Shown here in pieces: positions 18,865-29,632 of a DNA stretch of 64,000 bases. How positions within the stretch are numbered: the first letter of the stretch is position 1; each line of letters starts with the position of its first letter. Source of the DNA: Alphaproteobacteria bacterium (lineage in GTDB: Bacteria > Pseudomonadota > Alphaproteobacteria > Bin95); contig CBDBGH010000003.1 of NCBI GenBank assembly GCA_965205265.1, positions 800,001 through 864,000 on the forward strand. The letters are read 5' to 3'. The notes beneath the pieces are model-generated. The model ran no database searches. It was not told the origin of the DNA and saw nothing but the letters and a program-made list of their open reading frames with translations. The translations under genes were made by a program, and so were the position numbers.

Positions 18865-21800
18865 TTGAGGCCGCTCCGCCGGGCCGTGGCGGCGCCCGCC
18901 TCTCTCGTCTGCCATCGCTCCCCGCGCCGGGGCCGCTGCTCTGAGGTAGCCCTTTCCGGTTCGCGCGGCGGGTCCGCTTCCCGCTTCCTCCTTTCGGTCT
19001 TCGCCGAACTCCGGCCGCGCGCGGCCGCGATACCGCTGCTCGCCGCCGCCATCCTGTTCGCGGCGCCGTTCCTGCCCGGCGCGGGCGGCGCGGCGCAGGC
19101 CCAGCAAACCCAGGTGCTGGTCAGCAACTTTAATCAACCCGGCGGCGTCGGCGCCACTTTGGCCAATTTCGACCATGCCCTGGCGTTCACCACCGGCCGC
19201 CACAGCGGCGGTTACACGCTGACCAGCGTCAAACTCGCATTCGATTTCGGCAATCTGAGCTTCACCGCGAGCATCAACGCCGACAACAACGGGGAGCCGG
19301 GAAGCGCGCTGGGTACGTTGACAAGGAGCGCATCGGAATCCGGCCTGCTCACCCACGCCGGCATCAACCTGGCGGCGAATACCACTTACTTCCTGGTCTT
19401 CGACGTCGCTTCCGGTAACCGTGACGGCGCCACCACCGCCAGCAACGCCCAGACCGGGTTGACCGGCTGGAGCATCGCCGACGGCAACCTGTATCGGAAC
19501 AGGGACGCGACGAGCGGATCGTGGACAACCTGGTCAAACTCCTTCCGGATGCGCATCAGCGGCATCGCGAAAGGGACGGTGCCGACGCCGACCGCGACCA
19601 TCTCGCCGGTGACCTCGCCGGTGACCGAGGGGGCGGCGGCGAGCTTCATGGTGACCCTGTCGAGCGCGGCGCCGTCGGAAGGGGTGACCGTGAACCTTTC
19701 GGTGTCGGAGGCGGCGGGCAGCGACTACGTAACCCCGGGCAACGAGGGATCGAAGAGGGTGACGTTCGCCGAGGGAGAGACGCGCAAGACCTACCGCGTC
19801 GCCACGGTGGACGACGGGAACGACGAGCCGGACGGCTCGGTGACGGCGACGCTCTCCTCGGGCGCGGGTTACAACCTGGGATCGCCGGCGAGCGCCTCTG
19901 TCACGGTGCGGGACAACGATCAGGACACCCAGCCATCGTTCGGCGACAGGAGCATCGCGAACCAGTCGTACACGGAGAACGTCCCGATCCCGGCCCTGAC
20001 GCTGCCGGCCGCCGCGAGCGGCGACGGGACGCTGCGCTACAGCCTGTCGCCGGCGCCGCCGGCAGGCCTCTCCTTCGACGCCGGAACCCGCAGGCTGTCG
20101 GGCGCGCCGAGCGGCACCCAGGCGGCGGCGACCTACACCTACACGGCGACGGACGACGACGGCGATACCGACACGCTCACCTTCACCATCGCGGTCGCGG
20201 CGGCGCCGCCGGGCGCGACGCCGACCTTCGGCGCCCGCAGTATCCCGAACCAGTCCTACACGCAGGGCGTGGGGATCGCGGCGCTGACGCTGCCCCGGGC
20301 CACGGGCGGCAACGGGACGCTGCGCTACAGCCTGTCGCCGGCGCCGCCGGCGGGACTTTCGTTCGACGACGCGCCGCGCCGGCTGACCGGCGTGCCGACC
20401 GCAATCCAGGACGCCGCGGCATACAGCTACACGGTGACGGACGCCGACGGCGACACCGCCACGCTCAGCTTCACCATTGCCATCGAGGACGGGGCGACGG
20501 AAATCGAGGTGCCCGACGACCTGCCGGCGGAGCTCCGGCGCGTGCCGCGCAACGCCGCCCTGTCCGCGGACGGGGTCGTGACCTGGGACCTGGACACCGC
20601 GACCGAGCCCGACCGCTGGACCACCTACTGGGTGCAGTGGGTTTGGGACGAGCAGCCGCCGACGCGCATGGTCCTGGGACGAGCGCATGCCGGCGACGCG
20701 ACGCTGCGGGAGACCCGGTGTTCCGGCGGGAGTTGCGAGGTCCGGATCGAGGAGTTCGATCCCGGGCGGCACTACCTGGTCCACGTGACCACGCTGGAGC
20801 GGGCCTTGCGGCGCCTGCCGGCGGCGACGCTGCGGCATGTGCCGGCGCCGGATGAGGAAGCGCCGAAGGTTTCCGGCCTGCCGGAGGACGTGGCGGTCTC
20901 GGGCACCGGGCTGGTGACCTGGCGGGTGCCGGTCTCGGAGGGCGACTACACGGTCGCCTGGGCGAGCGGCGACCGCCGGCTGGAGACGGTGCCCACGCGG
21001 GGCGGGCAGCGCGGCGGGCTCGATACCGTGCGGGCCCGCGATTGCGAAGACCGGCTCTGCCGGTTGCAGATCCCGCGCTTCGACGCGGCGCGGCACTGGG
21101 TGGTGGAGGTGAACGCGCTCGACCGCAAGTTCCGGGGGCGCGAGCCCGTGCGGGTGCGGCACGTGCCGGAGGCGGCGCCGGGCGAGACCGTCGCCGGGGG
21201 TCCGGCCCGGTTCCGTGTCTATCACGACCCGTCGGACGGGACGGCGGTGGAGCGGTTCGACGAGGCCATGGCGGCGTTCCGCGCGGCGGGGATCGTGCCC
21301 GAGGTGATCGTGGCGGCGCCGCACGGCGAACCGGCGTTCCTCGCGGGCTATCCGTATGTGCGCATGCCGCGTTTCTTCGTGGGCGAGCCGTTGGCGAACG
21401 GCCGGTATCCGGGCGCGTGCAACGGCGGCCTGCGCTGGCTGAAGACTTATCTTGCGAACCTGCCGGGGGTATCGGCGGCCGACGCCCGCGTGCGCGAAGC
21501 GGACGGCGCGACGGTGGACTTCGCGGTAACGCTCGACAAGGCGGCGGCGACAGCGGCGACGGTGGATTTCGCGACCGCCGACGGCACGGCGACGGCGGGC
21601 GAGGACTATACCGCGGCGAGCGGCACGCTCACCTTCGCGGCGGGCGAGACCTCGAAGACGGTCTCGGTGGCGGTGCTGGACGATGCGTATGACGAGGGCG
21701 AGGAGACGTTCACGCTCACCCTCTCGAACGCCGCCGGGCTGCGCATCGCGGACGGCGAGGCGACGGGGACCATCGTGAACACCGACCCGCTGCCGCTGCC

Positions 21801-23850
21801 TGGGGCGGCGCCGCCGACGGGCGGCGGGACGGCGCCCCGGTTCACGATCTACCACGACCGGTCCGATCCGGCGGCGGTGGCCCGGTATGGGCAAGCCGTG
21901 CGGGCGCTCGGCGATGCGGGCGTCAGCCACCAGACGCGCCATGCAACCGGCGCCGAGGCGGGCGCCCTCGCGGGCGTCGGCCACTCGGTCATGCCGCGGT
22001 TCTTCCTTGGCGACCCGGCGGCATCCGGCTGGGGGCCGTCGCAGCCGAAGGTGAACAACGGCGGGCTGCGCTGGCTGCTGGCGTATATCGGGAACCTGCC
22101 CGGGCTGTCGGTGGCCGACGCCCGCGTGACGGAGGCGGAGGGCGCGAGGCTCGACTTCGCGGTGACGCTCGGCAGGGCGGCGACGGCGTCGGTGACGGTG
22201 GCCTGGGCGACCGCCGACGGCACGGCGCGGGCGGGGGCGGACTACACCGCCGCGAGTGGCACGCTCACCTTCGCGCCGGGCGAGACCTCGAAGACGGTCT
22301 CGGTGGCGGTGCTGGACGACGCCCATGACGAGGGCGCGGAGACGCTGACGCTCAGGCTCTCGAACGCGGCCGGCGCGCGCATCGTCGACGGCGAGGCGAC
22401 GGGCACGATCGGCAACGCCGACCCGCTGCAGAAGGACTGGCTTGCGCGGTTCGGGCGCGCGGCGGCATCGGGCGCGATCGCGGCGATAACGACGCGGCTG
22501 GAGATCCCTCTGGACGCGGGCTCGCACCTGACGCTGGGCGGGCAACGCATCGCGCTGGACGGTTCCGGGGGCGCCGGGGCCCAGCCCGGCGAACCGGTTG
22601 GCGCGTCCCGGCCGTCATGGTCTGGGGGCCCGGACCGGGCCGAGTCGCAAACCATGAACTGGCGCGAGCTGCTGATGGGGACCTCGTTCCGCGCGGTCTT
22701 CGGCGGCGGCGCGGGGCCACAGTTCACGAGTTGGGGCCGGGGCGCATCGGTGTCACAGTTCTCCAGCGCCGGTTCGGGTCTGTCGTTGAGCGGCGAGACC
22801 GCGACGGGATCGCTGGGAATGGACTACGAGCGGGGCCGCCTGCTGACCGGGTTCGCGATGACCCACAGCATTGGCGAGGGCACGGCACAGGGCGCGGGCC
22901 GGAGCTACGTCATGGGGAGCACGGTGACGACGATGCTTCCCTATGCGCGGCTGGCGCTCTCGGAGCGGGTGTCGGCCTGGGGTCTGGTGGGGACGGGCAG
23001 CGGGCAGCTCTCGCTCGATCTCGACGGCGGCGCGGCGGAGCGCTACCGCGCGGACCTCACGATGACGCTGACCGCGATGGGTGTGCAGGGCGCGCTGCTG
23101 ACGCCTGCCGAAGCAGGCGGGTTCGCGCTGGCGCTCAAGGCGGACGGGTTCTGGGTGCGCACGGAGTCCGACGGTGTCTCGACGCCGGGCGTAGGGAACC
23201 TGGTGGGGGCACAGGCCGAGGCGAGCCGCCTGCGGGCGGTGCTGGACGGCTCGCGGCGGTTTACGCTCGCGGGTGGCCGGACGCTGACGCCGTCGGCGGC
23301 GCTCGGGCTGCGCCATGACGGTGGCGACGCGGAGACCGGGACGGGCGTGGAGGTCGGCGCCGGCCTCGGCTATGCGGACCCGTCGCGAGGCCTGGACATG
23401 GGGCTCCGCCTGCACGGGCTCGCGGCGCATGCCGAGGAGGGCTACTCCGAATGGAGCGTGTCGGGCTCGCTCAGGCTGGTGCCGGGCGGCCGGGGGCGCG
23501 GCCTGTCGGCGTCGCTCACGCCCTCATACGGGGCGGACCCGGGCGGCGCGGACCGGCTGTGGACGATGCCGGACGCGCACGCGCTGGCGGCGAACGACGA
23601 CACGCCACTGTCGCGCCGGCTCGACGGGGAGCTCGGATACGGCCTTGCGGTGTTCGGCGGCCGGCTCACCGGCACGCCGCATGTCGGGTTCGGCCTGTCG
23701 GACACGGCGCGCGAGCTCCGCCTGGGCTGGCGTCTGACCCCGGCGGGCGGATCGGGCTTCGAGCTCGGTCTCGACGCCGCTCGGCGCGAGGCTGGCGGCG
23801 GCGATATGCCCGAGCACCGCATCGGCGTCGGCTTTACCGCGCGGTGGTGA
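18865..23850 (+). CDS. Large surface adhesin: signal peptide, VLVSN-type N-domain, 3 Calx-beta, 2 putative Ig (He_PIG), 2 FN3-like and 2 Grx-like repeats, C-terminal autotransporter-like beta-barrel
   Basis: AQA signal cleavage; TADGTATAGEDY..ASGTLTF.AGETSKTV.V.VLDD (Calx-beta); LRYSLSPAPPAGLSFD (Ig); WLARFGR...LRHDGGDAETG...terminal RW. True start uncertain. Confidence 0.85.
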   Translation: MRPLRRAVAAPASLVCHRSPRRGRCSEVALSGSRGGSASRFLLSVFAELRPRAAAIPLLAAAILFAAPFLPGAGGAAQAQQTQVLVSNFNQPGGVGATLANFDHALAFTTGRHSGGYTLTSVKLAFDFGNLSFTASINADNNGEPGSALGTLTRSASESGLLTHAGINLAANTTYFLVFDVASGNRDGATTASNAQTGLTGWSIADGNLYRNRDATSGSWTTWSNSFRMRISGIAKGTVPTPTATISPVTSPVTEGAAASFMVTLSSAAPSEGVTVNLSVSEAAGSDYVTPGNEGSKRVTFAEGETRKTYRVATVDDGNDEPDGSVTATLSSGAGYNLGSPASASVTVRDNDQDTQPSFGDRSIANQSYTENVPIPALTLPAAASGDGTLRYSLSPAPPAGLSFDAGTRRLSGAPSGTQAAATYTYTATDDDGDTDTLTFTIAVAAAPPGATPTFGARSIPNQSYTQGVGIAALTLPRATGGNGTLRYSLSPAPPAGLSFDDAPRRLTGVPTAIQDAAAYSYTVTDADGDTATLSFTIAIEDGATEIEVPDDLPAELRRVPRNAALSADGVVTWDLDTATEPDRWTTYWVQWVWDEQPPTRMVLGRAHAGDATLRETRCSGGSCEVRIEEFDPGRHYLVHVTTLERALRRLPAATLRHVPAPDEEAPKVSGLPEDVAVSGTGLVTWRVPVSEGDYTVAWASGDRRLETVPTRGGQRGGLDTVRARDCEDRLCRLQIPRFDAARHWVVEVNALDRKFRGREPVRVRHVPEAAPGETVAGGPARFRVYHDPSDGTAVERFDEAMAAFRAAGIVPEVIVAAPHGEPAFLAGYPYVRMPRFFVGEPLANGRYPGACNGGLRWLKTYLANLPGVSAADARVREADGATVDFAVTLDKAAATAATVDFATADGTATAGEDYTAASGTLTFAAGETSKTVSVAVLDDAYDEGEETFTLTLSNAAGLRIADGEATGTIVNTDPLPLPGAAPPTGGGTAPRFTIYHDRSDPAAVARYGQAVRALGDAGVSHQTRHATGAEAGALAGVGHSVMPRFFLGDPAASGWGPSQPKVNNGGLRWLLAYIGNLPGLSVADARVTEAEGARLDFAVTLGRAATASVTVAWATADGTARAGADYTAASGTLTFAPGETSKTVSVAVLDDAHDEGAETLTLRLSNAAGARIVDGEATGTIGNADPLQKDWLARFGRAAASGAIAAITTRLEIPLDAGSHLTLGGQRIALDGSGGAGAQPGEPVGASRPSWSGGPDRAESQTMNWRELLMGTSFRAVFGGGAGPQFTSWGRGASVSQFSSAGSGLSLSGETATGSLGMDYERGRLLTGFAMTHSIGEGTAQGAGRSYVMGSTVTTMLPYARLALSERVSAWGLVGTGSGQLSLDLDGGAAERYRADLTMTLTAMGVQGALLTPAEAGGFALALKADGFWVRTESDGVSTPGVGNLVGAQAEASRLRAVLDGSRRFTLAGGRTLTPSAALGLRHDGGDAETGTGVEVGAGLGYADPSRGLDMGLRLHGLAAHAEEGYSEWSVSGSLRLVPGGRGRGLSASLTPSYGADPGGADRLWTMPDAHALAANDDTPLSRRLDGELGYGLAVFGGRLTGTPHVGFGLSDTARELRLGWRLTPAGGSGFELGLDAARREAGGGDMPEHRIGVGFTARW

Positions 23851-23869
23851 GCGCGGCGCGGCGGCTTCC

Positions 23870-23930
23870 TCATGCCCGAAGCAGCGGTGGGATATGCGCC
23901 ATGCGCATACAAAACATGACATCGCATGAC
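23870..23930 (+). repeat. 61-bp terminal repeat of the dispersed element
   Basis: Gapless match: 46/61 to 18497-18557 and 49/61 to the reverse complement of 50809-50869. Confidence 0.85.
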
Positions 23931-23995
23931 GCTGCCGGCAGGCGTTCCGCGCGGCCCCGCCGGAGCCCGGTCATCGGCCCGTCCGTTCCGGGCCG

Positions 23996-26248
23996 CTATC
24001 CCGCGTCCTGCGTCCGGTCCCTGAGGGCGCGCCAGACCCGTTCCGGCGTGGCGGGCATCTGGACGCAGGCGGCCCCGGCCGAGGCGAGCGCATCCGCCAC
24101 CGCGTTCATCGCCGCCGGCAGGGCGGCCGTGGTGCCGCTTTCGCCGACGCCCTTCACGCCGAGCGGGTTGGTCAGGCAGGGGGTCCGGCTCCGCTCCAGC
24201 GCAAAGGAGGGAATGTCGGCTGCGCGCGGCATGGCGTAGTCCATGAAGGAGCCGGAGAGGAGCTGGCCCGTCTCCGGCTCGTAAACCATGTGCTCCATGA
24301 GCGCCTGGCCGACGCCTTGCGCGATGCCGCCATGCAACTGGCCTTCCAGCAGCATCGGGTTCACGACGACGCCCGCATCGTTGACCAGGCTGTAGCGCTC
24401 CAGCGAGACCCGCCCGGTCTCGGGGTCGATCTCGACCTCGGCGACATGGGTCCCGTTCGGGAAGCTGTAGGTGCGCGCAATGAAATGTCCGGCGGCGTCG
24501 AGCCCCATATCCATATCCTCGCCGAGGAACGCCGGGTTGAAGCTGGCCCCCGCCACCTCGCGCAAGCCGACCCGCCTGTCCGTGCCGACAACCTCGAAGG
24601 CGCCCTGCCCGAAGGCGATATCGTCCTCGCTCGCTTCCATCATGGCCGCCGCGATGCGCCGGCCCTTCTCGACGATGCGCTCGCTGGCCCGCACCACCGC
24701 CGCGCCCGCCACCGTGGTGACGCGCGATCCGCCCGCCCCGCTGCCGCGGCCGACAATGTCGCTGTCGCCGGTCAGCACCCGTATGGCCTCGACCGGCAGG
24801 CCCAGTTGCGCCGCCGCGATCTGGGAGAAGGTGGTCGCGAAGCCCTGGCCGTTGCTGGAAGCGGTGAGCGTAACGGTGAGCAGGCCCTCCTCGTCGAAGC
24901 GCATCGTCACGCGCCCGTCCTTGTAGCCGTCGGGCTCGGTATAGGAGGCGAAGCCGAAACCGCGCAGCTTCCCGGCGGCCTCGCTGGCGCGCCGCCTCTC
25001 CGGGAAGCCCGCGCGGTCCGCCAGTTCCAGCGCGGCGTCGAGATTGGCGGCGAAGTCGCCGCTGTCATAGACGAGGCCCGTCGGCGTGCGCCAGGGCATC
25101 TCCTCGGGGCGGATCATGTTGCGCCGGCGGAGCGCCGCCGGGTCGATGGCCAGCCGGCGCGCCGCCTCGTCCACAAGGCGCTCGACGATATAGCCGTATT
25201 CCGGCTTGCCGGCGCCGCGATAGGCGGTGATCGGGGTGGTGTGGCTCAGGCGGCAGACCGTCTCGGCATGGACGGCCGGGATGCGGTACACATTGGCGAG
25301 CATCCGCGAGCCGCCGTCCGTCGGGATGACGGGTCCGGCGCCCGTGGCATAGGCGCCGAGGTCGGAGCGCGTCGAGGTGCGGATGGCAAGGAAAATCCCG
25401 TCGGCGTCCAGCGCAAGCTCGGCCACCGTGTCGTGGTCGCGGGCGTGGTAGTCCGAGAGGAAGGCCTCGGCGCGCTCGTCGATCCATTTCAGCGGCCGCC
25501 CGAGCAACCGGGCCGCGTGGGCGAGCAGGACCTGTTCGGCGAAGATGCCGTTCTTCATGCCGAAGCCGCCGCCGACATCGGGCGTGATGACGCGGACATC
25601 GGCCCGCGCCGCGCCGAGCGCCTTCGCCAGCGCCTCCTGCACCTGGCCCGGGCCCTGGGTCGGCGCAAACAGCGTATAGCGCCCGTCGCGCGCGTCCCAT
25701 TCCGCCAGCGCGCCCCGCGTTTCCAGCGGCGCGGCCGAGATGCGGTTGTTCGCAAGCGGAATCCGGATGCGATGGGCCGCGCGCGCGAACCGCGCCTCGA
25801 CCTCTGCGGCGTCGCCGGTCGCCCATTCGAACAGTTCTTCGGTTTCGGCCGGGTCGAGCGGGCGGTAGTCCACGGCGACGGCTTCGGCCATGTCGCGCGC
25901 CGCCGCCGCCGTCTCGGCCACCGCCATGGCGACGATCTCGCCGGCATAGCGCACCCGTTCGCGCGCATAGGCGGGGAAGGGCGGCGGCGCCAGCGGCGTG
26001 CCGTCGCGGCGGCGCACCGGCGAGCGATTGTCGAGCGGCCCGGCGTCGAGGCCGTCGCGCAGCAGCGCGACCGCGCCCGGCACGGCCAGCGCCTCGCGGT
26101 CGTCCACGCCGAGTATGTCGGCATGGGCATAAGGCGAGCGCAGGAAACGCACCCATGCCTGGCCGGCGAGGTCTATGTCGTCGATGAAGCGGCCCCGGCC
26201 GGTCAGCAGCGCCGCATCCTCGAGGCGCGGAAGGCTTTCCCCGATCAC
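23996..26248 (-). CDS. Xanthine dehydrogenase family molybdopterin-binding subunit (form II CoxL-like)
   Basis: [13 protein letters not shown]-type start, [36 protein letters not shown]. Confidence 0.9.
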   Translation of the reverse strand: MIGESLPRLEDAALLTGRGRFIDDIDLAGQAWVRFLRSPYAHADILGVDDREALAVPGAVALLRDGLDAGPLDNRSPVRRRDGTPLAPPPFPAYARERVRYAGEIVAMAVAETAAAARDMAEAVAVDYRPLDPAETEELFEWATGDAAEVEARFARAAHRIRIPLANNRISAAPLETRGALAEWDARDGRYTLFAPTQGPGQVQEALAKALGAARADVRVITPDVGGGFGMKNGIFAEQVLLAHAARLLGRPLKWIDERAEAFLSDYHARDHDTVAELALDADGIFLAIRTSTRSDLGAYATGAGPVIPTDGGSRMLANVYRIPAVHAETVCRLSHTTPITAYRGAGKPEYGYIVERLVDEAARRLAIDPAALRRRNMIRPEEMPWRTPTGLVYDSGDFAANLDAALELADRAGFPERRRASEAAGKLRGFGFASYTEPDGYKDGRVTMRFDEEGLLTVTLTASSNGQGFATTFSQIAAAQLGLPVEAIRVLTGDSDIVGRGSGAGGSRVTTVAGAAVVRASERIVEKGRRIAAAMMEASEDDIAFGQGAFEVVGTDRRVGLREVAGASFNPAFLGEDMDMGLDAAGHFIARTYSFPNGTHVAEVEIDPETGRVSLERYSLVNDAGVVVNPMLLEGQLHGGIAQGVGQALMEHMVYEPETGQLLSGSFMDYAMPRAADIPSFALERSRTPCLTNPLGVKGVGESGTTAALPAAMNAVADALASAGAACVQMPATPERVWRALRDRTQDAG

Positions 26249-27135
26249 CGCATGCGCCCGCGCAGGAAGGCCCCGGCGCGGGCGATCGCCTCGCCCGCCT
26301 CGTCCAGCACCGGCTCGAACAGGTGCCAGACATGCATCATGTCATGAGCGACATCGAGGCTGACATCGACGCCTGCTTCGCGAGCGCGCTCGGCGAGCCG
26401 GAGCGAGTCGTCGAGCAGCACTTCGGCGGTCCCGACCTGGACCAGCAGCGGCGGCAGGCCCGCAAGGTCGGCGTAGATCGGCGCGGCGAGCGGCGCGCGC
26501 GAATCGACGCCCGCAAGATAGCGCTCGGAGAACCAGAGCAGCGCCTCGTGGTTCAACATCGGGTCCTCGTCTTCCTTGGCCGTCATCGAGGCGCCGACGC
26601 CCTCCATATCGACCCAGGGCGACAGGCAGAGCCCCGCCGCCGGCATCGGCTGGCCGCGATAGCGCAGCGCGACGAGCGCGGCGACGGTGAGCCCGCCGCC
26701 CGCCGAATCGCCCGCTATCGAAAGCCGGCCCGGCGCATAGCCCTCGTCGAGCAGCCAGCAATAGGCGGCGACCGCGTCGTCCACCGCGGCGGGGAAAGGC
26801 GATTCCGGCGCGAGCCGGTAGTCGAGAAGCAGGACTTTCGCCTTCGACGCCGCAGCGATGTTCCAGGCGAGGTTGCGGTGCGAATCGCAGGAGCCGATGA
26901 CATAGCCGCCGCCATGCAGATAGAGCACGGCGCGGTCCGCCAGGCCGCCGGGCGCGGCGACCCACTCCGCATAGCGCCCGGCGACGGTCACGGGCGTAAC
27001 TTCCGCTTCCGCCGGCGCGGGGAACCGCTCGCCTACTTCCGCGATCCGCGCGCGCATTTCGGGCACGGTCGGGTTCTCGGGCTTGCCGCGTTCCCGAAGC
27101 AGGGTCTTCAGGGCCGCCAATTGCTCCGAACTCAT
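26245..27135 (-). CDS. HSL-family esterase/lipase
   Basis: LHGGGY, DYRLAPE, GDSAGG, EVLLDD, HVW. Confidence 0.9.
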   Translation of the reverse strand: MSSEQLAALKTLLRERGKPENPTVPEMRARIAEVGERFPAPAEAEVTPVTVAGRYAEWVAAPGGLADRAVLYLHGGGYVIGSCDSHRNLAWNIAAASKAKVLLLDYRLAPESPFPAAVDDAVAAYCWLLDEGYAPGRLSIAGDSAGGGLTVAALVALRYRGQPMPAAGLCLSPWVDMEGVGASMTAKEDEDPMLNHEALLWFSERYLAGVDSRAPLAAPIYADLAGLPPLLVQVGTAEVLLDDSLRLAERAREAGVDVSLDVAHDMMHVWHLFEPVLDEAGEAIARAGAFLRGRMR

Positions 27136-27246
27136 CTGGGCGCTGCCTCCTTGCATGCCGTGCAGGCCCCTAGCCTAGACCGTTTCCGTGCGGCGCAGAA
27201 AGGCTCTAGAGTGCCTCGCTCGAAGACGGGAGAGGGAGGGAAATCC

Positions 27247-27984
27247 ATGCCGGTCGCCATCGTTACCGGCGCCGGGTCGGGCGTCGGCCAGGCCGCTGCG
27301 GAAGCACTCTTGGGCGCAGGCTACCAGGTGGCGCTCGCCGGGCGGCGCACGGAGCCGCTGGAGGAGATCGCCCGGCGCTGGCCGGAGAGCACGCTGGCGC
27401 AATCGACCGATGTCGGCGACGAGGCGCAGGTCAAGGCGCTGTTCGAGGCGGTGGTCGCACGCTTCGGGCGGCTGGACCTGCTGTTCAACAATGCCGGGTT
27501 CGGCGCGCCGCCCGTGCCGCTGGAGGAGCTCTCGCTCGCCCAGTGGCAGGCGGTGGTGGACGCCAATCTCACCGGCAGCTTCCTCTGCACGCGGGAAGCC
27601 TTCCGAGTGATGAAGTCGCAGGACCCGTCCGGCGGGCGGATCATCAATAACGGGTCGATCTCGGCCCATGTGCCGCGCCCCAACTCGGCGCCCTACACCG
27701 CGACCAAGCATGGCGTGACGGGGCTTACCCGCTCGACGATCCTGGACGGGCGCGCCTTCGGCATTACCTGTGGCCAGATCGACATCGGCAATGCCGAGAC
27801 GCCGATGACGCAGCGTATGCACAAGGGCGTGCTGCAGCCGGACGGCTCGACGAAGGTGGAGCCGACTATGGATGTGCGCCATGTCGCCGACGCCGTGCTC
27901 TACATGGCCGGCCTTTCGCCGGACGCCAATGTGCCGTTCCTGACGGTGATGGCGAACGGCATGCCCTTCATCGGTCGCGGCTAG
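27247..27984 (+). CDS. SDR family oxidoreductase
   Basis: [17 protein letters not shown]. Confidence 0.9.
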   Translation: MPVAIVTGAGSGVGQAAAEALLGAGYQVALAGRRTEPLEEIARRWPESTLAQSTDVGDEAQVKALFEAVVARFGRLDLLFNNAGFGAPPVPLEELSLAQWQAVVDANLTGSFLCTREAFRVMKSQDPSGGRIINNGSISAHVPRPNSAPYTATKHGVTGLTRSTILDGRAFGITCGQIDIGNAETPMTQRMHKGVLQPDGSTKVEPTMDVRHVADAVLYMAGLSPDANVPFLTVMANGMPFIGRG

Positions 27985-28023
27985 GGCGGCCCGAACCGGG
28001 ATGGGTGCAAACCGCCGCAGCGG

Positions 28024-28566
28024 GTGGAGACGGCCATGATACGGCGCTGCACGGCGGACGACTTCGACCGCATCCTGGCGATCGTCAACGATGCCGCCCG
28101 GGCCTATCGCGGCGTCATACCGGACGACCGGTGGAAGGACCCCTACATGCCCGCCGGGGAGCTGGCCGAAGAGATTGCAGCCGGCATCGACTTCGACGGA
28201 TACGAGATCGAAGGGGCGGGACTGGTCGGGGTGATGGGTATCCAGCCGGTCGAGGATGTGACGCTGATCCGTCATGCCTATGTGGCGACCGCCTATCGGC
28301 GGTCCGGAATCGGCTCGGCGCTGCTGGAAGGATTGCTCGCGCGCCAGGACCGCCCGGTCCTTATCGGCACCTGGGCCGCCGTCGGCTGGGCGATTGCGTT
28401 CTATCGTCGGTATGGGTTCGAGACGGTTCCGGAGCCGGAGAAGACGAGGCTGTTGCAGCGCTACTGGACCGTTCCCGAGCGCCAGATCGAGACCTCCGTG
28501 GTCCTCGCCGATTCTCGTTGGCGCAGCAGGGCGCATGGAGCTGGCGAAACGGGGGCGGGGGATTGA
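28024..28566 (+). CDS. GNAT acetyltransferase
   Basis: LIRHAYV..RRSGIGSALL, AIAFYRRYGF. Confidence 0.85.
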   Translation: METAMIRRCTADDFDRILAIVNDAARAYRGVIPDDRWKDPYMPAGELAEEIAAGIDFDGYEIEGAGLVGVMGIQPVEDVTLIRHAYVATAYRRSGIGSALLEGLLARQDRPVLIGTWAAVGWAIAFYRRYGFETVPEPEKTRLLQRYWTVPERQIETSVVLADSRWRSRAHGAGETGAGD

Positions 28567-28621
28567 AAAGCGGGCGGGCGCGCCGTAAGTCTCGCCGGCC
28601 ATTCGCGAAGGACACGAGCTC

Positions 28622-29632
28622 ATGGGCTACAGGGTCGCCATAGCCGGCGCGACCGGAGCCGTCGGCTACCAGCTTCTGGAAGGACTGCATGAGGCAGCCT
28701 TCCCCGTGGACGACATTGCGGCGCTGGCCTCGCGCAAATCCCAGGGCCGCAAGGTGTCCTTCGGCGATGACGAGCTGGATGTGCAGGTCCTGGACGAGTT
28801 CGACTTCTCCGGCTGGGACATCGCGCTGTTTTCGCCCGGCGGCGCGGTCTCGAAAGCGCATGCGCCGCGCGCCGCCGCTGCGGGCTGCGTCGTCATCGAC
28901 AACACTTCGACTTTCCGCATGGAGCCGGACGTGCCGCTGGTCGTGCCGGAGGTGAACCGGGAGGCGCTCGCGGGCTATTCGCAGCGCAACATCGTCTCGA
29001 ATCCCAACTGCTCGACGATCCAGATGGTGGTGGCGCTGAAGCCGCTGCAGGACGCGCAGCCGATCCGGCGCATCGTGGTCTCGACCTACCAGTCGGTCTC
29101 CGGCGCGGGCCGGAAGGGCATGGACGAGCTCTGGGGCCAGACCCGCGGCGTCTATCAGCTCGAGGACGCGGAGCCGGCCGAATTCACCAAGGAGATCGCC
29201 TTCAATGTCGTGCCGCATATCGACGTCTTCATGGAGGATGGCTCGACGAAGGAAGAGTGGAAGATGGTGAACGAGACCCGGAAGATCCTGGACGCCGACA
29301 TCGCGGTCACCGCGACCTGCGTGCGGGTGCCGGTCTTCGTCGGCCATGCCGAGGCGGTGAATGTCGAGTTCGACGGGCCGATGGACGAGGAAGAGGCATA
29401 CGAGCTGCTGAGCGCGGCCCCCGGCGTGGAGGTTGTGGACCGGCGCCAGGACGGCGGCTATGTCACGCCCAAGGAAGCCGCCGGCGACGACACCGTGTTC
29501 GTCTCGCGCATCCGCCGCGACCCGACGGTGGAGCACGGCCTCAACCTCTGGGTCGTCTCGGACAATCTCCGCAAGGGGGCGGCGACCAACGCCGTCCAGA
29601 TCGCCCGCGAACTCGCCGACGCCTGGCTTTGA
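28622..29632 (+). CDS. asd: Aspartate-semialdehyde dehydrogenase
   Basis: GATGAVG, NPNCST, STYQSVSGAG, DNLRKGAA.NAVQIA. Confidence 0.97.
   Translation: MGYRVAIAGATGAVGYQLLEGLHEAAFPVDDIAALASRKSQGRKVSFGDDELDVQVLDEFDFSGWDIALFSPGGAVSKAHAPRAAAAGCVVIDNTSTFRMEPDVPLVVPEVNREALAGYSQRNIVSNPNCSTIQMVVALKPLQDAQPIRRIVVSTYQSVSGAGRKGMDELWGQTRGVYQLEDAEPAEFTKEIAFNVVPHIDVFMEDGSTKEEWKMVNETRKILDADIAVTATCVRVPVFVGHAEAVNVEFDGPMDEEEAYELLSAAPGVEVVDRRQDGGYVTPKEAAGDDTVFVSRIRRDPTVEHGLNLWVVSDNLRKGAATNAVQIARELADAWL

Noticed and set aside
23996-26248. Aerobic CO dehydrogenase (form I coxL)
   Set aside because: Lacks AYXCSFR, and no coxMS or accessory genes are adjacent.
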